Positions 16,130-24,270 of a stretch of DNA of 64,000 nt are shown here, piece by piece. Location of the stretch: assembly GCA_038045765.1 (NCBI GenBank), contig JBBSXN010000003.1, forward strand, positions 6,497 to 70,496. Direction: 5' to 3'. The notes below the pieces were generated by a model. It worked only from the letters and a program-made list of their open reading frames with translations, was not told the DNA's origin and ran no database searches. This DNA is from Nanobdellota archaeon. Its GTDB lineage: Archaea > Nanobdellota > Nanobdellia > Pacearchaeales > GW2011-AR1. Each line of letters begins with the position of its first letter. Positions within the stretch are counted from its first letter, which is position 1. A program made the position numbers and the translations under genes.

Positions 16130-17833
16130 TTATTCAAATGCAGATAAATCTTTTCCTTTTCTTAGATTTGCAAAGTGTTCTTTCCCTATCTTTTCATATA
16201 TCTTTTTTGATGTTCCAAACTTCTCTATTAAATGCGAGGCGTAATCTCCCCCTAAGTGATGAGGTACTATTACATAATCAATTCCATTTTTGTAAAGATT
16301 TAATGCAGTCCTAGGTTGTTCTGCTGTCGCTATAAATGCGGCTTTGCTATTAATCTCTTTAAGAGTTTCTTTTATAGCTATATTTGCATCTTCTTGAGGA
16401 ATTGTAGATATGACTAACTTCGCTTTTTCAAGGCCTATTTCTGAGAGGAAATTTCTATCGCTTGCATCTCCATAAATTGCCTCTATGTTTTCTTTGTTTA
16501 ATGCAATTATAACTTTAGGATTATAGTCAATTACAACAACTTTAGCATTCATTTTTTTCAAAGATTGAATTACTTTATATCCTATTCTATGATATCCAAA
16601 AACAAAAACTTCATATTCTTTTTTCTTTTCTTTATTATCTATTCTATGATGTTTAGCTTCAAAAATACTAAGTAGGTTAGATAACTTGCTAAAGATGTGA
16701 TGTGAATAATATATGTTATAGCTGCTTATACCTATAGTTATTACTGCAATTAGAACTAGGAGACTCATCATTTCCTGATTTAGGTGCCCTAGGTTGAATC
16801 CAAGTAGAATTAGTATAAGCGAGAATTCAGAGACTTGTGCTAGGCTTGAGCTTGTTAAAAAGTTAGTTCTTTTTGTATATCCGAATAATTTCAATACAGA
16901 CATAATTATCAGAGGTTTTCCTATAATTATAAAAGTTGAAAATATTAATGCAGTTTTTATTAGTGAAGGAGTTATTGCTTCTGCTAACTGGCTTCCAAAG
17001 AATACGAAGAATAAAACCATAAAGAAATCTCTTAAAGGCTTCATCTTTCCTCCAATTTCTAGAGTGTATTTTGAAGAAGCTAAAGACATACCAGCTATTA
17101 ATGCGCCTATTTCAAGAGAAAATCCTAGATAATCAAATAGAGCAGCTAAAATTAAGGCCCAGGCAATTCCAAATAGAAATAGTCCTTCCTGATTTTTAGC
17201 CAAGTACCCAAGCATTCTTTCTTGTAAGAAACTTGTTACAAAAAATATAATTGCTATTAAACCAATTATTATTCCTAGTTTTTGAAATATTAATATAACT
17301 GAGCTTCCTTTTTGTATAAGGGGAACGGCCATTAATGCAATTGCAGCTACTAAATCTTCTACAATTAAAATACCTAAAGTAAGTCTTCCATGTAATGTAT
17401 CTATTTCTTTCTTATCTGCCAGTATTTTAACTACAACTACTGTTGAAGAGAAGGCAATTGCAGCTCCAAGATATAGTGCAGTTGTATTTTGGAATCCAAT
17501 TGCTGTTGCTATGAGGAAACCTATTCCACCAGTAAGAGCTATTTCTACTAATCCTGCAAGTGTCGCTACTTTTCCTACTTCTTTCATAACTCTGAAGTCA
17601 AGGCTTAATCCTACAATGAATAAAAGAAATGCAACGCCTATATGTGAGAATACCTGCAATAGACCAGTTGTTTCGTTCGCAGGTCCTATTAAATTAAATG
17701 CAAGAGGACCAACTAAAATTCCTGCAATTAAATATGCAATAATTGGGGGCTGTTTTATGAGTCTCGCAAACACAGTTAACAGTGCAGAAATACTAACGAT
17801 TAAACTAATGTAAAGCAACACCTCTTGAGCCAT
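16130..17833 (-). CDS. Kef-type (CPA2) cation/proton antiporter with C-terminal TrkA-N (RCK) domain
   Basis: About 12 TM helices followed by the Rossmann-like VFVFGYHRIGYKV..VVVID. Start set at ATG 17833 (track starts at TTG 17839). Confidence 0.75.
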   Translation of the reverse strand: MAQEVLLYISLIVSISALLTVFARLIKQPPIIAYLIAGILVGPLAFNLIGPANETTGLLQVFSHIGVAFLLFIVGLSLDFRVMKEVGKVATLAGLVEIALTGGIGFLIATAIGFQNTTALYLGAAIAFSSTVVVVKILADKKEIDTLHGRLTLGILIVEDLVAAIALMAVPLIQKGSSVILIFQKLGIIIGLIAIIFFVTSFLQERMLGYLAKNQEGLFLFGIAWALILAALFDYLGFSLEIGALIAGMSLASSKYTLEIGGKMKPLRDFFMVLFFVFFGSQLAEAITPSLIKTALIFSTFIIIGKPLIIMSVLKLFGYTKRTNFLTSSSLAQVSEFSLILILLGFNLGHLNQEMMSLLVLIAVITIGISSYNIYYSHHIFSKLSNLLSIFEAKHHRIDNKEKKKEYEVFVFGYHRIGYKVIQSLKKMNAKVVVIDYNPKVIIALNKENIEAIYGDASDRNFLSEIGLEKAKLVISTIPQEDANIAIKETLKEINSKAAFIATAEQPRTALNLYKNGIDYVIVPHHLGGDYASHLIEKFGTSKKIYEKIGKEHFANLRKGKDLSAFE

Positions 17834-17883
17834 AAACAATTTAGCAATATGTGTTTTAAATAGCTTTTTATAGGCAGTAATTT

Positions 17884-18078
17884 TTTATTTATGTCAAGAA
17901 CTTATGGTTCTTGAGCACAGAAAATCAGTAGATTTTCTGGTCAGGAAAATAGCAGGTATTTTCCTGCATCCAAAAAACGAGTGCTTTATGCACATCGTTT
18001 TTTTGATATCATATTCATCCCGCTTTGGCTGGGATGGAAGAGCCCATCGCTCGCGGCGCGGTGGGCTCACTTCATTTT
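17884..18078 (+). ncRNA. Candidate ~190-nt structured RNA: six consecutive hairpins ending in a T-run (strand and identity uncertain)
   Basis: A perfect TTTAAATA box at 17855 predicts a plus-strand start near 17884. Hairpins at 17895-17913, 17918-17939, 17942-17966, 17972-18003, 18016-18036 and 18040-18068. TTTT at 18075-18078. Confidence 0.35.
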
Positions 18079-18125
18079 AATTATGAGTTAAAAAGATTTA
18101 AATAGGAATGATTTTGAGAAATATT

Positions 18126-18458
18126 ATGAGCAATTTAAGAGCACCTTATCATGGGCCTATGAAATTACCTTATGGTTTAGTTGTGGAAACTGCTTTAAAC
18201 CTTTTTCGTATTAATCGTACTAACGAAGTTAGATTTGAGAGAGTAGCAGGTACCGACCTTTTGTATAATGCTTATTATCTGTTACCTAATAATGATAGAC
18301 CTACTACTTCTGGCTTTGATTTAGTAGCTGTTGCTCACGGTGGCGATGATTTAGCTACTAAGCTAGATTCTTTAACTAATCTATCTAAGAAACCTAGTTT
18401 AAGAGTTGTAAGACCAAACCTAAAAGAAACTTTATTTGCAATATTTAGAGAAGAATAA
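18126..18458 (+). CDS. Hypothetical protein
   Basis: ORF-track start 18108 lies only 4 nt after TATA box TTTAAATA (18097-18104). ATG 18126 is exactly 29 nt from that box. Confidence 0.5.
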   Translation: MSNLRAPYHGPMKLPYGLVVETALNLFRINRTNEVRFERVAGTDLLYNAYYLLPNNDRPTTSGFDLVAVAHGGDDLATKLDSLTNLSKKPSLRVVRPNLKETLFAIFREE

Positions 18459-18501
18459 TTATAACTTATTATTTGATATTTTATTTATGCTGTGCATAAG
18501 G

Positions 18502-18509
18502 TTTAAAAA
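18502..18509 (+). promoter_or_regulatory. TATA box TTTAAAAA, 29 nt before rps10 ATG
   Basis: Spacing rule. Confidence 0.6.
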
Positions 18510-18530
18510 GCAATTTTCTCTCAACAAGTC

Positions 18531-18839
18531 ATGGCGAAAGTAAGAATAAAGTTGGCGAGCATAAACATAGACGAGTTGAACCCTGTAATTGCTAGTATAA
18601 AAGATATTACTGGAAGAGCAGGAGTTATTATGAGGGGCCCTATACCTATTCCTACAAGAAGATTAAAAGTTACAACAAGAAAGAGCCCATGTGGAAATGG
18701 AACAGCTACTTTTGACAGATATGAGATGAGAGTTCACAGAAGAATTATAGATATTCCTGCTGAAGATAGAATATTACACCCAATTATGAAACTTCAGATT
18801 CCAAGAAGTGTGCAGATTAAGATTGAGATGAAAGATTAA
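18531..18839 (+). CDS. rps10: 30S ribosomal protein uS10
   Basis: KVRIKL.S.....L......I......G....GPIPIPT..L.V.T.KSP.G.G..T.D.YEMRVH.R.IDI, the classic S10 pattern. 102 aa. Confidence 0.9.
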   Translation: MAKVRIKLASINIDELNPVIASIKDITGRAGVIMRGPIPIPTRRLKVTTRKSPCGNGTATFDRYEMRVHRRIIDIPAEDRILHPIMKLQIPRSVQIKIEMKD

Positions 18840-18904
18840 GCGAAGCTTATTTTCAGCATTTTTATTATACATATTTTTATATAACTTGTTAGTTTGTTTA
18901 ATTT

Positions 18905-19315
18905 ATGGAGAGGATACCATACCATAAGGCCGGAGCTATTATTGTTAGAGATAAAAAAGTTCTTCTTGCTAGCTCTAAGGGAAAGCTAATTTTTTATTGG
19001 CCTGGTGGAAAATATGAACCTGCAGATAGTGGAAATCCTGAGAAATGTTTATCTAGGGAATTGAAAGAAGAGTTAGGAGTTGATTTAATATCTTTTAATC
19101 ATTATAGAACTTATAATTTTACAGAGGGCGATTATAAAGGTAGACATATTTTACTTGAATTGTATCATGTAACTTTTAGCGGAAAACCTGAAGCTTGTTC
19201 TGAAATTGAAGAATTATGTTGGTTTAGTAGAGAAGATTTGATAAGTAGGGCTAATGAATTACCTAGTTATTATAAACAGGTTACTCTTGATTTAATAAAA
19301 GATGGAATTGTTTGA
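18905..19315 (+). CDS. Nudix hydrolase
   Basis: Nudix box PGGKYEP....EKCLSRELKEELG. Confidence 0.75.
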   Translation: MERIPYHKAGAIIVRDKKVLLASSKGKLIFYWPGGKYEPADSGNPEKCLSRELKEELGVDLISFNHYRTYNFTEGDYKGRHILLELYHVTFSGKPEACSEIEELCWFSREDLISRANELPSYYKQVTLDLIKDGIV

Positions 19316-19317
19316 TT

Positions 19318-19776
19318 TTACTTAACTAATTCAAGGGCTTCTAAGGCTATTAATCTAACTGACTCTATCATCTTTCCTTCCTCTGCTTTCAATTCATCTT
19401 TTGTGAACCATTTTAGCTTTTCCTGCTCATCTGTTTCAAGTTTTTCATAATTGTTTTTACATTTTCCTAGGAATACAAAATTAATATGTTTGTTGTGGTG
19501 TGGAACGGTATCTATCTGCAGAAGATGCGATCTTACATAGTGTGTGTTACCAGTATTTTCTCTTTTTTCTTTTTGAAAGAATTCAAAGTCAAATCCAGTT
19601 TCTTCTTTTACTTCACGAGTTATTGCATCTTCAGGTGTTTCTCCAGGATCTACATGTCCTCCAACTGGAATCCAAGCCTGCATGTTTTTATTCCAAGAAA
19701 GAAGAACCTTATGGTCAGAATTTACGAGATATATAGTAGCGACAAAGCATTTGTCTTTCCAGTTTATCTCTCCCAT
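19318..19776 (-). CDS. Nudix hydrolase
   Basis: Nudix box GGHVDPGETPEDAITREVKEETG. Confidence 0.8.
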   Translation of the reverse strand: MGEINWKDKCFVATIYLVNSDHKVLLSWNKNMQAWIPVGGHVDPGETPEDAITREVKEETGFDFEFFQKEKRENTGNTHYVRSHLLQIDTVPHHNKHINFVFLGKCKNNYEKLETDEQEKLKWFTKDELKAEEGKMIESVRLIALEALELVK

Positions 19777-19797
19777 TATTTTTTCTCGATATCAAAA

Positions 19798-19805
19798 TTT
19801 ATAAA
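19798..19805. promoter_or_regulatory. Perfectly palindromic TATA box TTTATAAA shared by divergent genes
   Basis: Its first base in each orientation is 29 nt from ATG 19827 (+) and from ATG 19776 (-). The intergenic spacer is only 50 nt. Confidence 0.6.
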
Positions 19806-19826
19806 GATATAGTTGGAGATAAATGT

Positions 19827-20363
19827 ATGATAGGAACAGTTGAATTGTTAAAATTGGTAAGAGAGAAAAAGCTTGTTGAGAATTTATGTGAGCGAGAGTT
19901 GAATAATCCTGAAGGTGCTGGTTTTGATTTACGTGCTGGTGAGTTCTTTAAATTGAAAGATGGGGGGGCTTTTCTTGGTGAAACTGAAAGACATACTCCT
20001 GAAACTGAGAGCATTGCAATATATGGAAAAGATAAAGAAATTATAATTAAGCCAGGAGAGTATTTTCTTGTTAAAAGTATGGAGAAAGTTAATTTACCTT
20101 TCAATGTATCTGCTATATTTAGACCACGTTCTACTTTACAGAGATGTGGATTAATGGTTGCTACTGCTGCTGCAAGTCCTGGTTACAGTGGTGAATTGAC
20201 ATTTGGACTTTTTAATGCTGGAAAAAATACTGTAAGGATTGAATTGGGAGCTAGAATAGTTCATGTTCTATTTTTTGAAACTAGTGAGAATGTTTCTGCT
20301 TATAGAGGTCAGTGGCAGGGTGGAAGAGTTTCTACTGAAGGTAAGAAAGAAGTGCAGGTTTAA
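19827..20363 (+). CDS. dcd: dCTP deaminase / dUTPase-fold enzyme
   Basis: RPRSTLQRCGL and PGYSGELTFGLFN correspond to the Dcd/Dut trimeric-fold motifs. 178 aa. Confidence 0.7.
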   Translation: MIGTVELLKLVREKKLVENLCERELNNPEGAGFDLRAGEFFKLKDGGAFLGETERHTPETESIAIYGKDKEIIIKPGEYFLVKSMEKVNLPFNVSAIFRPRSTLQRCGLMVATAAASPGYSGELTFGLFNAGKNTVRIELGARIVHVLFFETSENVSAYRGQWQGGRVSTEGKKEVQV

Positions 20364-20368
20364 AGATA

Positions 20369-20412
20369 TTACGTCTACACCATAGAAAGATATATAAATG
20401 ATGTGGACGTAA
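20369..20412. promoter_or_regulatory. Inverted repeat (9/10) bracketing the TATA box of the Fic gene; candidate operator
   Basis: ttacgtctac (20369-20378) and gtggacgtaa (20403-20412) flank TATATAAA (20391-20398), which is 29 nt before ATG 20420. Confidence 0.45.
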
Positions 20413-20419
20413 GTATATC

Positions 20420-21319
20420 ATGGCCTATACAGAAATTAAACAAGTTAAATCAAGGAAATATAGTTATCGAGTTCAATCTGTAAGAAATGGTAAAGAGGTC
20501 AATAAGAAAAGAGTATATTTGGGAGTTGATTTAAATGAAGCTGAATTAATTGAAAAAGAAAAAGAGGCTGATAAGAAGTTAAATTTGCTATCGACCTTAC
20601 TATCTAATGAAGAGGAGAAGGAACTTCATAAATTAAAAAAATTATATTTATCTCAATCTAAAGAAAATCTTGAAAATAGATATGAGGCTTTTATATCTCT
20701 TTTTACTTATGATTCTACTAATATAGAAGGCAATACATTAACTTTACAGGAAACTTCACAATTACTATTTGAAAATATAACTCCTAGAAAGTCTTTAAGA
20801 GAGATAAATGAAGTAGTTAATCATAAAAAAGCTTTTGATTATCTTTTAGAAGAAAAAGAGGATGTTTCAAAAAAGATTATCTTAAAATTGCATGAGTTGG
20901 TTACTAAGGATACTCTAAAAGAGGAATTATTGTCACAAGTTGGTAAATATAGGAAACTTCAAGTTTTTATTAGAGGAGTTAATTGGCTACCCCCAAAACC
21001 TAAAGAAGTATCTAAAGAGATGCAAATTCTATTATCTTGGTATTCTAAGAATAAAAATACGTTACACCCATTAATTTTAACAGCCTATTTCCATTCAGCT
21101 TTTGAAACAATTCACCCATTTATAGATGGAAATGGTAGGGTGGGCAGACTTTTGATGAACTTTATTTTAAGAAAAAATAAATATCCTATGATAAATATTC
21201 CTAATAAAAGCAAATATATTTATTATGCTGTTTTAGAGTCTGCTCAAGTTAAAGGAGATTTGAGACCTTTGGTTAAATTCCTATTTGATTTAATGAAACA
21301 AGAAAGCTTAAAATTCTAA
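20420..21319 (+). CDS. Fic-domain protein (AMPylase family)
   Basis: Canonical Fic motif HPFIDGNGRVGR. Confidence 0.85.
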   Translation: MAYTEIKQVKSRKYSYRVQSVRNGKEVNKKRVYLGVDLNEAELIEKEKEADKKLNLLSTLLSNEEEKELHKLKKLYLSQSKENLENRYEAFISLFTYDSTNIEGNTLTLQETSQLLFENITPRKSLREINEVVNHKKAFDYLLEEKEDVSKKIILKLHELVTKDTLKEELLSQVGKYRKLQVFIRGVNWLPPKPKEVSKEMQILLSWYSKNKNTLHPLILTAYFHSAFETIHPFIDGNGRVGRLLMNFILRKNKYPMINIPNKSKYIYYAVLESAQVKGDLRPLVKFLFDLMKQESLKF

Positions 21320-21323
21320 ATTT

Positions 21324-22319
21324 TTAACTAGATTTCTTATCAAATTCTCTGTCTTTTTCATTGAAACCGCCTACTACTGTGATTTCTCCTTTAATTGGAG
21401 GATGTGATTCATATTCAATTAGTTTAAAGTCATCGATTGTGAAATCGTCAAGATTCTTTTTTTCTGGATTAATCCAGATTTTTGGAAATGGTTTTGGTTC
21501 TCTAGATATTTGTTCTTTGACTTGTTCGTAATGATTTCCATAAATATGTGTGTCTCCTAGAAAATGTATGAATTCTCCTGGTTGGTATCCACATATTTGA
21601 GCTAGAATCATTGTGAGCAAGGAGTATGATGCTATATTGAATGGGACTCCTAAGAAAATATCGCAACTTCTTTGATATAGTGCTAATGATAGTTTTCCGT
21701 TTGTTACATTTATGTTATAGAATGCGTGGCAGGGCGGAATTGCCATTGTAGAACCAGGTTCTGACATTTCATATATGAATTCAGGATTCCAAGCAGAAAC
21801 ACAGACATGTTTTCTATCTGGATAATTTTTACTTTTCCAAACTGCCCAAGCTAATTGATCTATTAATTTTCCATTCGATGCTTGCCATTTTCTCCACTGT
21901 CTTCCATATACTGGACCTAGTTCTCCCCACTTTTGAACGAATGGATCTGATTCTGGAAGTTCTTTTATCTTTTTGATTAATTCATCCTGAGTTAAAGCAG
22001 GAACTTCTCCTTTTTCCATTGCTTTTTTGTATGCTTTGAAAGGCCAATCATCCCAGATATGAACTTCATTATCTACAAGATATTTTACATTTGTTGCACC
22101 TTTTATGAACCAAATTAATTCATGTATGATTCCACGCATAAATACTTTTTTAGTTGTTAGAAGCGGGAAGCCTTTTGATAAGTCATATCTCATCATTCTT
22201 CCAAAAACAGATTTTATTTTTGTTCCTGTTGCGAAATCCGTCTTTTCAAAACCATTATCCATAATATCTTTTAATATGTCTAGATATTGATGTTCTGGAT
22301 GTCTATCACTCTTTTCCAT
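21324..22319 (-). CDS. thyA: Thymidylate synthase ThyA (long form with an insertion)
   Basis: FPLLTTKKVFMRGIIHELIWFIKG.TN; GPVYGRQWR; PPCHAFY (catalytic Cys); DIFLGVPFNIASYSLL; GDTHIY. 331 aa. Confidence 0.9.
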   Translation of the reverse strand: MEKSDRHPEHQYLDILKDIMDNGFEKTDFATGTKIKSVFGRMMRYDLSKGFPLLTTKKVFMRGIIHELIWFIKGATNVKYLVDNEVHIWDDWPFKAYKKAMEKGEVPALTQDELIKKIKELPESDPFVQKWGELGPVYGRQWRKWQASNGKLIDQLAWAVWKSKNYPDRKHVCVSAWNPEFIYEMSEPGSTMAIPPCHAFYNINVTNGKLSLALYQRSCDIFLGVPFNIASYSLLTMILAQICGYQPGEFIHFLGDTHIYGNHYEQVKEQISREPKPFPKIWINPEKKNLDDFTIDDFKLIEYESHPPIKGEITVVGGFNEKDREFDKKSS

Positions 22320-22340
22320 AATTTGTTTAGAGTTGGAAGT

Positions 22341-22348
22341 TATTTAAG
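22341..22348 (-). promoter_or_regulatory. TATA box (CTTAAATA on minus strand), 29 nt before thyA ATG 22319
   Basis: Spacing rule. Confidence 0.55.
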
Positions 22349-22382
22349 CTTTATTGGTGTAAGATGTAATAGTTCTTTCAAT

Positions 22383-22436
22383 GTCAAGATTTAGTAAAAT
22401 CTTGAACACTAGAAAATCTAATAGATTTTCTGTGAC
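22383..22436. repeat. Two-hairpin module, second copy of the module at 17893-17944
   Basis: atgtcaaga-ttt-agta-aaa-tcttga-acact-agaaaatc-taata-gattttct-gtgac versus atgtcaaga-ac-ttatg-gt-tcttga-gcac-agaaaatc-agta-gattttct-ggtca. Confidence 0.7.
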
Positions 22437-22472
22437 AATAATACTTATATAATCTATTTATTGAGTAGGGAA

Positions 22473-24212
22473 ATGATTAGTTTAATTGCAGGTGTTGCTA
22501 AGAATGGAGTTATTGGAAATAAGAATGAATTGCCTTGGCATATAAAAGAGGATTTACAGAGGTTTAAAGTTTTGACCCTTGGAAAACCAGTCATTATGGG
22601 GAGGAAAACTTTTGAGTCTATAATCATGGTGCTTGGAAAACCTTTACCTGGAAGGACAAATATTGTAATTACTACAAATCCAAATTATAAATTTGAAGGA
22701 TGTGTTGTTTGTAATTCTATTGGAGATGCTTTGAAAAAAGCCAAGGAGATAAGCAGTGAAATTTATGTTATTGGTGGACAGAAAATTTATGAGCAGACTA
22801 TTAAATTAGCTGATAAATTGGAGATAACTTCCGTTCATAAAAACTATGAAGGAGATGCTTATTTTCCTAAGATAGATGAATCTTGGCAGGAATCAAAGAG
22901 AGAAGATAAAGATAGTAATGGCATAACGTTTAGTTTTATTACTTATGAGCGAAAAAAGAGTAAGAAAATTGTTGGTAAGAGTTTGAAGGATGTTGATTTT
23001 GATTCTTATATTTTGATAAGAAAAGAAAAAGAGAGACAGCAGAAAACAATAAATTTGATTCCTTCTGAGAATTATGCTTCTGAAGCAGTTATGGAGGCTA
23101 GTGGAACAAGTTTGATAAATAAATATGCTGAAGGTTATCCTCATAAGAGATATTACCAAGGAAATAATGTTGTTGATGAAGTTGAAGATTTAGCTATTGA
23201 AAGAGCTAAAAAGATATTCGGTGCTGAGCATGTTAATGTTCAGTCTTATTCTGGAAGTCCTGCTAACTTTGCAGTTTTCTTAGCTTTATTGCAGGCAGGA
23301 GATAAATTTATGGGGCTTGATTTAGGATGTGGAGGTCATTTGACTCATGGAAGTCCAGTTAATTTTTCAGGACAGATTTACAAGCAAATACCTTATACTG
23401 TTGATAAAGAAACTGGCTTATTGAATATGAAAGAGATTAGGGAAATAGCTTTAAGAGAAAAACCTAAAATGATTATTTCTGGATTATCTGCTTATCCTAG
23501 AATTGTTGACTTTAAAGCATTTCAAGATATTGCTGAAGAGGTTGGAGCAGTTCATCTTGCTGATATTTCCCACATAGCTGGATTAGTTGCTGCTGGAGTC
23601 CATCCAAGCCCATTTCCATTTACAGATGTTGTTACAACTACTACTCATAAGACTCTTAGAGGGCCAAGGGGAGCAATAATAATGTGTAAGGAAAAATATG
23701 CAAAGCAGATTGATAAGGCCGTTTTTCCAGGATGTCAGGGAGGACCTCATATGAATTCAATTGCTGCTAAGGCTGTTGCATTTAAGGAAGCTTTAAGTGA
23801 TGAATTTAAGGAATATGGTCAGCAGATTGTTAAAAATGCAAAAGTTCTTGCCCATACTCTTTCTAAGAATGGAATAAAATTAGTTACTGGTGGAACTGAA
23901 AATCATCTTATTTTAGTTGATTTAAGAGATAAGGGAATTGGATTAGGGAAACAAGTTGCTGTTGCTCTGGAAGAAGCAGGTATAGTCTTGAATGCAAATT
24001 CAGTTCCATTTGATACTTCAACTCCATTCAAACCGAGCGGAGTAAGACTTGGGACACCAATGGTTACAACTAGGGGAATGAAAGAAAGTGAGATGGAGAA
24101 GATTGGAAATTGGATATCTGCTATTATAAGAGATGTTAATAATTCAGAGCTTAAAGCAGCTATAAAGAGAGATGTTGAAGAGTTGTGTGCTAAGTTTCCG
24201 ATTTATAATTAA
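22473..24212 (+). CDS. folA-glyA: Fused dihydrofolate reductase - serine hydroxymethyltransferase
   Basis: N-terminal ~165 aa carry DHFR motifs ([43 protein letters not shown]). After a KKSKK linker comes a full SHMT ([60 protein letters not shown]). Start set at ATG 22473 (track uses TTG 22461). Confidence 0.85.
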   Translation: MISLIAGVAKNGVIGNKNELPWHIKEDLQRFKVLTLGKPVIMGRKTFESIIMVLGKPLPGRTNIVITTNPNYKFEGCVVCNSIGDALKKAKEISSEIYVIGGQKIYEQTIKLADKLEITSVHKNYEGDAYFPKIDESWQESKREDKDSNGITFSFITYERKKSKKIVGKSLKDVDFDSYILIRKEKERQQKTINLIPSENYASEAVMEASGTSLINKYAEGYPHKRYYQGNNVVDEVEDLAIERAKKIFGAEHVNVQSYSGSPANFAVFLALLQAGDKFMGLDLGCGGHLTHGSPVNFSGQIYKQIPYTVDKETGLLNMKEIREIALREKPKMIISGLSAYPRIVDFKAFQDIAEEVGAVHLADISHIAGLVAAGVHPSPFPFTDVVTTTTHKTLRGPRGAIIMCKEKYAKQIDKAVFPGCQGGPHMNSIAAKAVAFKEALSDEFKEYGQQIVKNAKVLAHTLSKNGIKLVTGGTENHLILVDLRDKGIGLGKQVAVALEEAGIVLNANSVPFDTSTPFKPSGVRLGTPMVTTRGMKESEMEKIGNWISAIIRDVNNSELKAAIKRDVEELCAKFPIYN

Positions 24213-24270
24213 TTTTGAAATATTTTTTGTATAACCGTATACTTTATAATGGCTGAATTTACATTATTTT

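Noticed and set aside
18126-18458. Possible paralogy between the hypothetical proteins 18126..18458 and 51589..51948 (shared LNL ... G.DDL...LD..L spacing, similar length).
   Set aside because: The similarity rests on two short motifs with inconsistent intermediate alignment. That is too weak to claim without a statistical alignment.
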